Source of the DNA: a virus
Length of the DNA: 64,000 nucleotides
Direction: 5' to 3' (one strand)
Virus record (IMG/VR): IMGVR_UViG_3300032516_000003
Coordinates: 129,341-193,340 of that record
The notes below the pieces were generated by a model. It was not told the DNA's origin. It searched no databases and saw only the letters and a list, made by a program, of their open reading frames with translations. The position numbers and the translations under genes are program-made. Numbering within the stretch: position 1 is the first letter of the stretch; the number at the start of each line of letters is the position of its first letter. Positions 1-10,093 of this stretch are shown here, one piece after another.

Positions 1-111
1 CTCACGACCAGTCCCGAGGCGGCTGCTCTTGCTGCTGGTGGTGCAGGTCTGGTAGGTGGTGGCGCCATCTATGAGGCGGGCAAGGGTCGGGGACGGCACG
101 GGTACTAGCCG

Positions 112-1362
112 ATGGCGGCTGAGGGCCCTACCAGTAGTGGCTCCGCTACCGTACGCGTCGAGTCGGGTACGATCGCCGACGTGAACGCGCGGAACTGGAC
201 GGTCGGCTGGGTCTCCCAGTATGGGGGATCTTACTGGCCGACCATCCAGGTCATGGCACCCTACCTGCACTACAACAACGGGGAGGGCTTCTACTGTCTT
301 CCTGAGGTTGGTGCCATAGCCGTAGTCTGCTTTCCCTCGGACGAACAGAACCAGCCGTTCGTGATGGGCTTCCTCAGTGGCTTCGAGCGTGAGGGGGCTC
401 AGATCGGCAACCTGCAGGCAACTGTCACCGATCCAGGCGTCGAGACAGAAGAAGTCTCTGTACCGACTGCCAGCGCCAGTACTCCCAGCGCCAGTACCGC
501 TCCTGGTAGCAACTCGGCCAGTGCCAGTCGCCGAGCAGGCCGGCCGATCCTCAACCCCGGGGACATGATGTGGCAGGGGCGGGACGAGAACTTCGTCGTC
601 CTCCGGCGAGGTGGAGTCCTGCAGATCGGTTCGACCCAGGTATGCCAGCGGGTCTACCTGCCCATCCGCAACTTCATCCGCGACTTCTGTGAGAACTACG
701 AGCTCAACACCGCGGCCGGGTCGCTGTCGTGGATCATTCAGCGGGCGGAGGACAAGCCGGCTCCGGCACAGACCCCCAACGAACTCAACTTGATCTTGCG
801 CGAGTATGCGCAAGACAAGAAGGCTTCGGTCCGCCTCAGCTTCGGCAGCCTCGACAAGACCAAGAATCCCTCTCCTCCTGGTGGTGGTGACACTTGGGTC
901 GCTCTGGAGATTGCTCCGGGCGGCATCGAGCCGACTGACGGCAAAGTCTCTGGGACTGCAGTCTTCACGCTGCGGATCGACAAGCAGGGCAACTCCTACG
1001 TCATGCAGGCCAAGACCAGGACGGAGGAGATCAAGGGCGATCTCAACCAGAAGGTCACCGGCAACGTCAAGCAGGAGATCGGTGGCACGCTCGCAGTCAA
1101 GACTGGTGGCACGGTGACCGAGGACTTCGGTGGGGCCCACACGGCCAAGGGCCCATCCAGTGATGAGAACTGGAGTGGCGCTAAGACCATCACAGCTGCC
1201 GCGCTGAAGTTGGGGTCTGCAGCTGCAGCCGAGCCGGTGCCATTGGGGAACCTGCTCATCCAGTGGCTGGCCACCCACACGCATCCAGCCTCCAACACAC
1301 CACCGGCTCAGGCAGGGGCAGTAACAGCTCTCATCTCGGGGAAGGTGTTCGTGACTAAGTAG
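112..1362 (+). CDS. Baseplate central spike / hub protein (gpV/gp5-like); C-terminal 'ATHTHP' HxH apex motif
   Basis: 416 aa. Position at the head of a baseplate block. C-terminal HxH motif like the iron-binding apex of P2 gpV / phi92 gp138 spikes. Ala/Ser/Thr-rich linker. Confidence 0.45.
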   Translation: MAAEGPTSSGSATVRVESGTIADVNARNWTVGWVSQYGGSYWPTIQVMAPYLHYNNGEGFYCLPEVGAIAVVCFPSDEQNQPFVMGFLSGFEREGAQIGNLQATVTDPGVETEEVSVPTASASTPSASTAPGSNSASASRRAGRPILNPGDMMWQGRDENFVVLRRGGVLQIGSTQVCQRVYLPIRNFIRDFCENYELNTAAGSLSWIIQRAEDKPAPAQTPNELNLILREYAQDKKASVRLSFGSLDKTKNPSPPGGGDTWVALEIAPGGIEPTDGKVSGTAVFTLRIDKQGNSYVMQAKTRTEEIKGDLNQKVTGNVKQEIGGTLAVKTGGTVTEDFGGAHTAKGPSSDENWSGAKTITAAALKLGSAAAAEPVPLGNLLIQWLATHTHPASNTPPAQAGAVTALISGKVFVTK

Positions 1363-1421
1363 CAAGGTGTCCACAGCACGGATGGAGTAGTATACTGGGC
1401 CCAGACACGTAGGAGTGGATC

Positions 1422-3434
1422 ATGGACCTCTTCTTGGACCGCAAGGAACTCACCTTCGAGAAGACGGCGCTCGAAGCCCGGATGTCGGAGGATGCGAACG
1501 AGTGGCCACAGCAGATCCTCGATCAGCTGTATCAGCAGGCCCCGTTCACCAGCCACTACTCCCCCAAGGTGGTCCTGCGCGAGGTCGATCCTGACCGCCG
1601 CTACGCCCTGGGCCATGTCGAGCTGCTGAACAAGCTGGCCATCAACCCGCGGGATGATGACACGCCAGCCAAGCTGAAGGGCAAGCAGAAGGCGATCGTC
1701 CCGGTCATCGTCCGCGAAGGCAAGCTGTCACCACTCGACCTGCTCATGGACAACGGCCAGGTCGAGCCGCTGACAGAAGACCGGCTGCGGCGCTCGCTCT
1801 TCCGGCCCTCGCTGTTCGAGGCCATTCGGCAACGCCCTGGCGACATGTCCATGATCGAGCAGCTCTACCCACCGAACCGGCAGTTCGGTGGGGCCCGTGG
1901 TCCGCTCATCACCGAGGCCGGAGCTGGAGAGGAGGGCGTCAAGGTCTCCTCTGCCAAGCCCGAGTTCCTCCTGGATGCAATCCTGCCCACCATCAAGGAG
2001 GCCCATCTGCAGGAGGTGGGGGAGTTCTTCCGCGATCCAGTCATCTGTGCCGCCTATGCGAACAACGAGGCGGCCCTCCCCTTCATCGACAAGCTCGCCC
2101 AGGCGCAAGCCACTCCCCGGAAGGCCGCGGCCGACTTCCTCAAGACCGCGGCCTCGATCGTGAAGCCAGACGTCATCCAAGTGCAGAAGATCGAGGGTGG
2201 CTTCCGCATCAAGACCGCCAACGCTGCGGCGCTCCTGCCCACCGCGGATGATGTGCCACGGGAGCAGGCGGTGGGCACGCTGGGCGGAGATCTGGTCTCG
2301 AAGGTCGAGCAGGATGGCACCACGACCATCACCACCCAGCCGAACGTCAAGGAGACGCTGGAAGACATCCACGTCGCCGTGGTCGACTCCTTCGGCCTGT
2401 ACAAGGTTCGCACCGAGGGTGACAACAAGGAGTTGGTGGGCTGGGTCTTTCCCAAGGTCATGGACCTGACCGGCGAGGTGCTGCCCCTGGGCGTGTTCAG
2501 CAATGGCAGCGAGTCCGCCATCCAGGAGAACATCGCCGGCGTCCCCATCGCCCGCCAGTCTGATGTTCTCGACTCCCCGCCATCCGAAGCCGGCATGTTC
2601 TACATGCCGTCCAAGTCGGGGGCCCAGGGCATCGTGCCGGTCTTCGTGCGCGCCACCAACGACATCGGCCCGCAGACTGAGTACCTCTGCCAGACCATCA
2701 TGGGTGAGCACTGCACCCTGGTGAAGGTCCCCGGCATCAAGACGGTCACCCAGATCGCCACCCAGCGGTACGCCATCCCTGAGGATGTGGGCTTCATGCC
2801 GCTGCCCAATCAGATCAATCTCGCCTCCGACCCGTCGGCGTTCACCAAGGTGGGCGAAGCACGGGCCTACGCGACCGCGGTGCGGGTCATCACGGACGGC
2901 CAGACCTACTCCTTCGAGGGCCTGCCGGTGGACAAGGTGGCCGGGGTGATGCCGACCCGGTTCCTGGACCTGGACGATGCCATCTTCCTGGGCGCGGTGC
3001 TGGGTGAGCATCCCGAGAAGGTGAAGACGGCCTGCCTGAAGGTCCTCAGCCAGGGCCACCAGGAGTTCTGGTTCCAGGCCCGACCGATCGTCACCATGCG
3101 AGAGAAGTACGCCGAGGCCAAGAAGGAGGCCACGGTGCTGTTGAACAAGGTGCCGGACCTGCGGGCGGTGCTGGTGAAGGAAGCCGCACCGCTCTTCGAC
3201 CCAACCTCGGTCGACAAGATCCTCTCGCTGGGCTTCCTCAACCCCGAGAACGTGATGGTCTTCGCGGAGTATATCCCGGAGATCGAGGATACCATCCACA
3301 AGGTGGCCGAGCTGCTGTTGGCATCCCGCCTCGGGCTCAGTGCGGTGGACACCACCGCACTGGAGAGGTCGCTGGTCCACTTGGACAAGGTCGTCGCGGG
3401 GCTCAAGACCCTGACCAACCAGCCACAGGTGTAA
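1422..3434 (+). CDS. Large baseplate/structural protein (670 aa), function unassigned
   Basis: Long ORF with coding-like composition immediately after the spike gene. The antisense 673-aa ORF 1728..3749 is a high-GC artefact. Confidence 0.4.
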   Translation: MDLFLDRKELTFEKTALEARMSEDANEWPQQILDQLYQQAPFTSHYSPKVVLREVDPDRRYALGHVELLNKLAINPRDDDTPAKLKGKQKAIVPVIVREGKLSPLDLLMDNGQVEPLTEDRLRRSLFRPSLFEAIRQRPGDMSMIEQLYPPNRQFGGARGPLITEAGAGEEGVKVSSAKPEFLLDAILPTIKEAHLQEVGEFFRDPVICAAYANNEAALPFIDKLAQAQATPRKAAADFLKTAASIVKPDVIQVQKIEGGFRIKTANAAALLPTADDVPREQAVGTLGGDLVSKVEQDGTTTITTQPNVKETLEDIHVAVVDSFGLYKVRTEGDNKELVGWVFPKVMDLTGEVLPLGVFSNGSESAIQENIAGVPIARQSDVLDSPPSEAGMFYMPSKSGAQGIVPVFVRATNDIGPQTEYLCQTIMGEHCTLVKVPGIKTVTQIATQRYAIPEDVGFMPLPNQINLASDPSAFTKVGEARAYATAVRVITDGQTYSFEGLPVDKVAGVMPTRFLDLDDAIFLGAVLGEHPEKVKTACLKVLSQGHQEFWFQARPIVTMREKYAEAKKEATVLLNKVPDLRAVLVKEAAPLFDPTSVDKILSLGFLNPENVMVFAEYIPEIEDTIHKVAELLLASRLGLSAVDTTALERSLVHLDKVVAGLKTLTNQPQV

Positions 3435-3440
3435 CGGACG

Positions 3441-3962
3441 ATGGCCAGTCGGAGCCCCAGCAACTCCCAAGAGCTCTACGAGCGTCACAGGGAGTATCAG
3501 CGTCGGTACCGCGAGACGCACAAGAATGAGCGCGCGGCATACGCGAGGGAGTACGCGTCTAGGAATGTGAAGGCTCTTCGTGAGCGTCGAAAGGGTTACT
3601 ACGAGCGGAATAGGGACAGCATCCTGGAGAGAACCGGCCAGTACTACCAGAAGAACAAGCAGAAGATGAATGACGCTTCCTTCTTCTGGGGAATCCGGGA
3701 TAGGTACGGTGTCACGAAGGCACAATACCTGCGTATGGTCATGGCCCAAGGAGGGCGATGTCTGATCTGCGGCGAAAAGCCGAGTGGCAAATTCAGGCGT
3801 CTAGCAGTAGATCACGACCACAATACGGGGGAGGTACAAGGACTGCTGTGTTGCCGCTGTAACAGAGCTATCGGGCTACTAGGCGACAGCCACGAAGTGC
3901 TGGATCGCGCGGCCAAGTACTTGTGGTCAAGGAGCACCAATGGCAAGCCGCAGCCCAAGTGA
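3441..3962 (+). CDS. Endonuclease VII-family (T4 gp49-like) nuclease, probable homing endonuclease
   Basis: Motif 'VDHDHNTGEVQGLLCCRCNRAIGLL' matches the endoVII DHDHxTGxxRGLLCxxCN signature. Preceding N-terminal zinc-binding region. Confidence 0.75.
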   Translation: MASRSPSNSQELYERHREYQRRYRETHKNERAAYAREYASRNVKALRERRKGYYERNRDSILERTGQYYQKNKQKMNDASFFWGIRDRYGVTKAQYLRMVMAQGGRCLICGEKPSGKFRRLAVDHDHNTGEVQGLLCCRCNRAIGLLGDSHEVLDRAAKYLWSRSTNGKPQPK

Positions 3963-4839
3963 ATTTTTCATAATGTTTCTGCTGAGTCAGCAGAAGCTGG
4001 ATCATGCTTCGATCCTGCGGATGCTGGACGAGTATGGACTTGATGGAGTCAACATCGCCTACCTGCGCCGACTGCAGAGCGCCCTCGATGCTGACCGTCC
4101 CGATCCCTGGGACCCCGCATCGCAGGAAGGCCGAGCGTACCTGCGGAAGCACGCCATCCATGATCTGTGGTATCCCAATGCGGCCGCCACCGAAGCGTAC
4201 AGCATCCTCGCGACCCCCAATCTCCGGGCCAGTGCTGAACAGCTGCTGCTGGCGCCGCTGCGGATGGAGGACGCCGCCAGTCGACTGAATCACCGTTACA
4301 AGACCAACCTCACCGCGGATGGAGTCCAGGCCTACGCGCACTACTTCTGGAATCGCAGCCTGCTCTCCACGGGGGAGTGGATCGAGTACCTGGAAGCGCG
4401 ACCCATGGCCTCCCAGAACATCAGCATTCTACGTGTGAGCCAAGACATGGCCTCGATGCTGGTCCCCTGGGTGACCGGCACGGGAGCCATTCCCGCAACA
4501 CTGAGTACCGGCACGGTGGCCAAGCACATGCGCGATATAGCCTTTCTGAAGGTGGTGGAGACTGAGCATCAGCCGGCCACTCTGCCCCACTCCAAGATGA
4601 TGAAGAACTACATGGACGTGATCAAGTCCGCCGAGGACTTGCTGCGCCAGTCGGATGTAGCCTTGAAGGATGTCATCGCCGCGTTCGAGCAGTTCCGCAT
4701 GAAGAGGGACCCGGGTGCGATCCCGTCGATCGAGGAAGTGGCGGGACCGAACTACAGCCGCTCTGGGCAGGGGACCGACAAGTCCAGAGACCTACTCGAA
4801 GAATTCGACCAGGAGGATCGGGAACATGACGACAGCTGA
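3940..4839 (+). CDS. Hypothetical protein (299 aa)
   Basis: AAGGAG RBS 5 nt upstream of the ATG at 3940. Balanced composition. Confidence 0.5.
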   Translation: MASRSPSEFFIMFLLSQQKLDHASILRMLDEYGLDGVNIAYLRRLQSALDADRPDPWDPASQEGRAYLRKHAIHDLWYPNAAATEAYSILATPNLRASAEQLLLAPLRMEDAASRLNHRYKTNLTADGVQAYAHYFWNRSLLSTGEWIEYLEARPMASQNISILRVSQDMASMLVPWVTGTGAIPATLSTGTVAKHMRDIAFLKVVETEHQPATLPHSKMMKNYMDVIKSAEDLLRQSDVALKDVIAAFEQFRMKRDPGAIPSIEEVAGPNYSRSGQGTDKSRDLLEEFDQEDREHDDS

Positions 4840-5374
4840 GACCAACAGGCGTCCATTCTGGACAGAAGAGAAGCCGTGGCAGGAGTCCAAGCTTCCCACA
4901 ATCAGCGGCGCGGCTAAGGCAGAGGAGATCGTCTCGGCGGTTCCGACCTTCACCACGGTCGAGACTCCAGTGCTGCTGGTCAACCACACCCGCAAGGACG
5001 GCTTGCTGCTGTACCACTTCTTCCTCCGGCAACGGAAGGAGATCTTCGATGCGGCCGAGGCGGAGATGAACCTCCTCCGTGACACGGTCCGCAACTTGGA
5101 GCAGGTGCGCGCCCAGCAGCAGGAGGTAGCCGCGAAGGCCAACCAGGAGCTCGCGGCCATCCCCTGGCCGTCATCGTTCGAAGGCCTGCTGAAGACGGTC
5201 TTCGAGAAGCACTTCAAGTACCACCCCTTCAAGGCCAACTTCTACCCGGAGACTGACAGCTGGTCGGTGGCCATGCCGGAACCCAGCTCTCCATTGACGT
5301 TCACCGCCGAACGACTGGCGGCTCCTGTGCTGGAGCTCTCCTCCGCCTACGAAACCACCGTGTCTGCGGGCTAA
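4826..5374 (+). CDS. Hypothetical protein (start adjusted to ATG at 4826 with AGGAGG RBS)
   Basis: ORF track 4715..5374. Internal ATG is preceded by AGGAGG. Followed by a hairpin at 5382-5402. Confidence 0.45.
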   Translation: MTTAETNRRPFWTEEKPWQESKLPTISGAAKAEEIVSAVPTFTTVETPVLLVNHTRKDGLLLYHFFLRQRKEIFDAAEAEMNLLRDTVRNLEQVRAQQQEVAAKANQELAAIPWPSSFEGLLKTVFEKHFKYHPFKANFYPETDSWSVAMPEPSSPLTFTAERLAAPVLELSSAYETTVSAG

Positions 5375-5599
5375 GACAGGGTGGCCAGCCTAAGGCTGGC
5401 CGTCCTATTCAGCAGACCAGTGCGCGGCTTGTCCCCTCCCACGGTCGTACATCAGCCGCGCTTTCTGTCTGTGGGTGGCAAAGCGGGCTTATGCTCCTAG
5501 GCAGGAGGGGACGACCGGAAGTTACATGCTTCCGATCACATTTTTCTTATACCTGTATTAGACCTTGAAATTCGCGGGAGACTGTAGTAGTGTGCAGTC

Positions 5600-6013
5600 A
5601 TGCCGGCGAAGAAGAAATGCACCAAGTGCGGGAAGTCAAAAGATGCAGAGAAGGGCTTCTATAAGGGGAGATACTCCTGGTGCAAGACGTGCTTCACAGC
5701 CTACGTTGTTGCTCGTCGAAAGGCCGACCCCAGACTTACAACAGCCCACCTAGAACAGAATAGGAGACAACACAGGTTCTCTAAGTACCGGCTACGCGAG
5801 AAAGACTATCAGGCGCTCAAGCGCAAACAAAGAAATCGTTGTGCTATTTGTAGACAAGCCCTTATCGGTAAGAGAGCGCCAAACATAGATCACGATCACA
5901 AAACAGGCAAGGTGCGTGGGCTGTTGTGTCACTCATGCAACTATGGCCTAGGATTCTTTAGGGACAGCACAGTGCTCCTGAAAGTAGCGATCTCGTACCT
6001 GTCTCTTATGTAG
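5600..6013 (+). CDS. Endonuclease VII-family nuclease (second copy), probable homing endonuclease
   Basis: Motif 'IDHDHKTGKVRGLLCHSCNYGLGFF'. N-terminal CxxC..CxxC zinc ribbon. Sits immediately upstream of the terminase gene. Confidence 0.75.
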   Translation: MPAKKKCTKCGKSKDAEKGFYKGRYSWCKTCFTAYVVARRKADPRLTTAHLEQNRRQHRFSKYRLREKDYQALKRKQRNRCAICRQALIGKRAPNIDHDHKTGKVRGLLCHSCNYGLGFFRDSTVLLKVAISYLSLM

Positions 6014-6030
6014 TGCTGGGAGGGCGTTGC

Positions 6031-8955
6031 ATGGCCACGATCAGCCTCGCCGAACTGTCGTTGCTCAACACCCATGGGGTCATCCCGCTGGTCTACTCGG
6101 TAGATGGGCAGGTCAAGGAGCCCTTCTTCGACTACGATGAGGAGGGGAACCCCAAAGACTTCGGTCTGGACCTCGAACCGGAAGACCCCACGGCCGAAGA
6201 ACTGCTAGAAGCCAAGGACAAGTTCCTCTACAACGTGGCTCCCTCCCAGTTCGCCGAGTTGGCCATCCAGATTCCCGCGGCGGGTAAGATCAGTGCGTTT
6301 CGATTCGAGGGCCGTGAGTATCTGCGCCGCATCTATGACAGCCCCGCGGACAAGATCTTGCTCACCTGCGGCCGCCAGGTGGAGAAGAGCACCACGCTAG
6401 GCAATCGCCTGCTCTGCTACTCGGCGCTGGTCAACAACTTCCGGGCACTCTTCGTAGCGCCCTCAGCCGAGCAAGCCAAAGTCTTCTCGGTCGACCGCAT
6501 CCGCGACGTCATCGAGTGCTCGCCACTGCTGCAGGCCTACGTACCACCAAAGATTGGCCAGGCGGTGTTCTTCAAGAAGTTCGTCAACTTCAGTCAGATC
6601 AGATTGCGGTACGCCTATCTCACCGCTGACCGTGTCCGTGGTATCCCTGCCGACCTAATCTGCTACGCAACTGGGACTGAGGTCCTGACTCGGTTAGGCT
6701 GGCGTAGAGTGGAGCAACTGACACAGGACGACTTGGTCGCCGACGTTAGTGACGCTGGAGAAGTTGAGTGGCATCATCCTACCCGTGTCTTTTCCCGCAA
6801 GCATACGGGGGAGATGGTTACTTTTGCCCACTCCAAGATGCGGCTACGAGTAACCGGCGATCACAATATGTGGATCAACTACCGGGTCAAGCATGACGAA
6901 GAGTACAAGACGCCGGACAGATGGCAGTTTGTCACTGCTTCTGAGTTGGCGGCTACTGCTCGGATGGGATTTAAGGTCACGTGTTCCGCGACGTGGCTGG
7001 GCGAAGCCCCGCTCTACCGGGAGTTCGCTGGTATTGCGCATGGGTACGGAGATAATCGGAGGGGCATCAAGCTCTCATATCCACATCTTGCGGCTCTGAC
7101 TGGATGGTATATCGCGGAAGGACACATCCAATGGGCCGACGGCAAGTACCCACGCCCCGTGATCTCTCAAAACGAGGGCAGGTACCTGGATGAGATCTTG
7201 ACTACGGTAGAGAATCTAGGGCTCACCTACCGCACACACAAAGACCCGCGTAGTGATTGTCATCATGTGATCATCAACTCAGGTATCTTGGGGCACTACT
7301 TTGCCGAACTTGGGCACGCGCGTGATAAGTACATTCCGCGTGAGTTCTTCGACTACCCGATGCTATTGGAGCTGTTGCTCAAAGCATTGTACTTGGGTGA
7401 CGCCTGCTACCATGCCGACGAGTCCTGGGATGAGGGTACACTTAGGACTAGGTCCCGCCGGTTAGCAGAGGACGTTCAGGAGGCTTGGCTACGTCTACGT
7501 CGCCCAGCTGTGATTCACACTCGGAGCTCGATCCCAGCCCATCAGCGCAATCCGAACTATATGAACCTGGCAGCGGAACCACTGTATGAGATCTGCGCCT
7601 ACAAGCATGACTACTTCGTGTTTTGGAAGAGCGAATTCCAGTCCAAGCAGCGGGTTGTCGGTTCCAGCGTGATTGACGAAGATGTGCACTGCTTCACAGT
7701 GCCCAACCACAGACCCATTGTGAAGGGATCGTTCGGAGCCCAGCCGATCATATCTGGACAGTGTGTGGACGAGCTACAAGACATCCTGGTAGACAACATC
7801 CCGATCATTGAACAATGTGCCTTTCACTCTCCCTACAAGCTGTTCCTCTACTCGGGCACACCCAAGTCGGAGGACAACACGATCGCCCACTACTGGTCGG
7901 AGTTCTCCACCCAGAACGAGTGGATCGTACCCTGCGAGCGTCATGGCACTCCGGGCGATCCCAGCTCTTGGCATTGGAACGTGCTGACCGAGACCAACAT
8001 CGGGGCCAAGAGTCTGGTCTGCGATCGCTGCTACAAGCCTATCGATGCCCGTCATCCATTGGCCAAGTGGGCGGCCATGAACCCCAAGACTGAGTCCAAC
8101 AAGGACAAGGTCACCTTCGAGGGCTACCGTATCCCGCAGATCATGGTCCCGTGGGTGGATTGGGATGAGATCATCGAGGCCCAGGAGCAGTACCCACGAG
8201 CTCTGTTCATGAATGAGAAGCTGGGCATGTCCTACGACTCCGGCGTCCGGCCCATCACCAGGGGCCAGCTCCAGACCTGCTGCAAGCCACATGTTCGGAT
8301 GACCGACATCGAGAACTTCAAGCAGCTGGCCCAGGGCAAACAGGTCTTCGCTGGCGTGGATTGGGGGACCGGCGAGGGCTCCTACACGGTGATCTCTTTC
8401 GGCGGCTACTTCGGCACCGGCAACTTCTGCATCTTCTGGGTCCATCGCTTCACCGGACAGGACCTGGAACCAGAGCGACAGCTCGACGTCATCTCTCAGA
8501 TGATCTCCCAGCTCCGGGTCCACGTGGTCGGGGTCGACTACGGTGGTGGTTTCCACCCCAATGACACCCTGATTCGCCGCTTTGGACCGCAGAAGATCGT
8601 CAAGTACCAGTACAATCCCCGCCAGAAGAAGAAAATCTACTGGGAGCCCAACCTCAACCGGTACATGTGCCACCGGTCAGAGGTCATGAGCGACATCTTC
8701 AATGCCCTGAAGCGCAAGCTGGTTGACCTGCCTTGCTGGGAGGACTTCGCCGACCCCTACGGTCAGGACATCCTGAACGTCTTCTCCGAGTACAACCAGC
8801 GCCTCCGAATGACCGAGTACAAGCACGCCCCGGGCAAGACGGATGACACCTTCCACTCAATCTTGTACTGCGCCCTGGCGTCGATGATCCTGAATCCCCG
8901 CCCCGACATCATCCGACCCATCAAGGAGACGGGTATCCCCCCGTTCGTGGGCTAA
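6031..8955 (+). CDS. Terminase large subunit (ATPase + nuclease), interrupted by an intein
   Basis: Walker A 'TCGRQVEKST'. Walker B 'ADLI|..intein..|CVDE' reconstitutes hhhhDE. C-terminal nuclease-like region. GGGAGGG RBS before the ATG at 6031. Confidence 0.75.
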   Translation: MATISLAELSLLNTHGVIPLVYSVDGQVKEPFFDYDEEGNPKDFGLDLEPEDPTAEELLEAKDKFLYNVAPSQFAELAIQIPAAGKISAFRFEGREYLRRIYDSPADKILLTCGRQVEKSTTLGNRLLCYSALVNNFRALFVAPSAEQAKVFSVDRIRDVIECSPLLQAYVPPKIGQAVFFKKFVNFSQIRLRYAYLTADRVRGIPADLICYATGTEVLTRLGWRRVEQLTQDDLVADVSDAGEVEWHHPTRVFSRKHTGEMVTFAHSKMRLRVTGDHNMWINYRVKHDEEYKTPDRWQFVTASELAATARMGFKVTCSATWLGEAPLYREFAGIAHGYGDNRRGIKLSYPHLAALTGWYIAEGHIQWADGKYPRPVISQNEGRYLDEILTTVENLGLTYRTHKDPRSDCHHVIINSGILGHYFAELGHARDKYIPREFFDYPMLLELLLKALYLGDACYHADESWDEGTLRTRSRRLAEDVQEAWLRLRRPAVIHTRSSIPAHQRNPNYMNLAAEPLYEICAYKHDYFVFWKSEFQSKQRVVGSSVIDEDVHCFTVPNHRPIVKGSFGAQPIISGQCVDELQDILVDNIPIIEQCAFHSPYKLFLYSGTPKSEDNTIAHYWSEFSTQNEWIVPCERHGTPGDPSSWHWNVLTETNIGAKSLVCDRCYKPIDARHPLAKWAAMNPKTESNKDKVTFEGYRIPQIMVPWVDWDEIIEAQEQYPRALFMNEKLGMSYDSGVRPITRGQLQTCCKPHVRMTDIENFKQLAQGKQVFAGVDWGTGEGSYTVISFGGYFGTGNFCIFWVHRFTGQDLEPERQLDVISQMISQLRVHVVGVDYGGGFHPNDTLIRRFGPQKIVKYQYNPRQKKKIYWEPNLNRYMCHRSEVMSDIFNALKRKLVDLPCWEDFADPYGQDILNVFSEYNQRLRMTEYKHAPGKTDDTFHSILYCALASMILNPRPDIIRPIKETGIPPFVG
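6661..7761 (+). mobile_element. Intein with LAGLIDADG homing-endonuclease domain inside the terminase Walker-B motif
   Basis: Starts 'CYATGTEV' (block A). Block B 'TGDHNMW'. LAGLIDADG-like 'LTGWYIAEGH' and 'ALYLGDACYH'. Block F 'VIDEDVHCFTV'. C-terminal junction placed at ...SGQ|C (non-canonical Gln) and is uncertain. Confidence 0.6.
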
Positions 8956-9022
8956 GACAACGACCCGTGATGGCGTCGCTGCCCGGAGGACCGACCCCGT
9001 GCACTCGGGTCGGTCCCTCCTA

Positions 9023-9316
9023 CTACTCGCTGCCGATCCAGCCGAGGGCCTTGGCCCCCTTGTAGCCGCCGAAGATGGCGGCGGCGAGCTTCAGGCCGCC
9101 GTTGAGGAAGCCGACGATCTTGTTGGCGGTGCCTGTGGTACGGACGTGGTCGACGTCGTGGGGGAAGCCCAGCAGCACGACGTCGACCACGTCGCAGCCG
9201 GGGGTGATGCCCGCGGCGCGGAGCTTCTTGTTGAGCTCCTCCTCGGACATGTCGGGGTTGGCACCAATGTCCGCCACCACCTTTGCAGCGGTCGCTTTCC
9301 TCTCTTCCTTGGTCAT
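9023..9316 (-). CDS. Small hypothetical protein (97 aa)
   Basis: AGGAGGA RBS upstream. Minus-strand gene inside an otherwise plus-strand block. Confidence 0.45.
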   Translation of the reverse strand: MTKEERKATAAKVVADIGANPDMSEEELNKKLRAAGITPGCDVVDVVLLGFPHDVDHVRTTGTANKIVGFLNGGLKLAAAIFGGYKGAKALGWIGSE

Positions 9317-9496
9317 GTGATCCTCCTGCCGGGGGTTAGATTTTCCCGGTACATGATTCTTATGCCAGGAGGGGGGCTCGAATTGCTGTTTTGGCCCCTA
9401 TATACCCCGTTTTCTTGCTGATTTCCACTTTCGGGCCTTGGGCTGTTCCGAGAAAGCCCCACGAGGCTCAGGAATGCACTACTCTATCTGGGCAGA

Positions 9497-9991
9497 CTAT
9501 AGTGGCAGGCTATCTTGGAGGAGTACCCTGGCCCTGGCTGGGAGGGTCTCGGGATGCTTGCGGATCATGATGATCGCTGCATCCCGGATGTTCTTCCGCG
9601 CCTTGTCCAGAGCGGCGTAGAGTTCCCTAGCCTGGGGGTCCACGGCAAAGTTCTTGCTCTGCCGGACCTGGGTCTGGAGCTTCACGCAGAGGGTGTAGAA
9701 GGGTTCCCAGGTGTGGTCATACTCCACCAGGGCCTTCAGGCGGGCGAATTCGAGCTCCGAGAGCTGCAAGAACAGCTCTACCCAGTCCTCGATGACCGGA
9801 AGGGGCACGTCTTGGGCGGAGAAACCGATCGATTGGGCGGCGTTCTGGTAGTGAGAGAGCAGATCTTGGTCACTGGCCTCCCGCAAAGCCGACAACTCGA
9901 CGCCATTGAGCTTCATCAGGAAGCGAACTTGGTTCTCCAACACCCCGATCCGAGCTACTAGCAGCTCCTGACTGACGTCCTTCCCACTCAT
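9497..9991 (-). CDS. Hypothetical protein (164 aa)
   Basis: GGAG RBS. Together with 9023..9316 forms a minus-strand islet with a lower-GC intergenic region. Confidence 0.45.
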   Translation of the reverse strand: MSGKDVSQELLVARIGVLENQVRFLMKLNGVELSALREASDQDLLSHYQNAAQSIGFSAQDVPLPVIEDWVELFLQLSELEFARLKALVEYDHTWEPFYTLCVKLQTQVRQSKNFAVDPQARELYAALDKARKNIRDAAIIMIRKHPETLPARARVLLQDSLPL

Positions 9992-10093
9992 GGCGACTCC
10001 GTGCTACCTATACTAAAGTAGTACCATGGACTTCTTCAAGTTGACAGTGGAGAAGCCTCCGCCCTAAGATGGACCAACTGCGAGGGCAACAAC

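Noticed and set aside
1728-3749. 673-aa minus-strand ORF antisense to the 670-aa baseplate gene
   Set aside because: Arg/Gly/Leu/His-rich, low-complexity composition typical of antisense frames in high-GC DNA. No RBS. The sense ORF is clearly coding.
3441-3962. Shared 'MASRSPS' N-termini of ORFs 3441 and 3940 as a DNA repeat
   Set aside because: Peptide identity only. The underlying DNA differs (atggccagtcggagcccc versus atggcaagccgcagccca), so likely coincidence or weak convergent signal.
7774-8673. 299-aa minus ORF inside the terminase gene
   Set aside because: Antisense artefact within a well-supported terminase nuclease-domain coding region.
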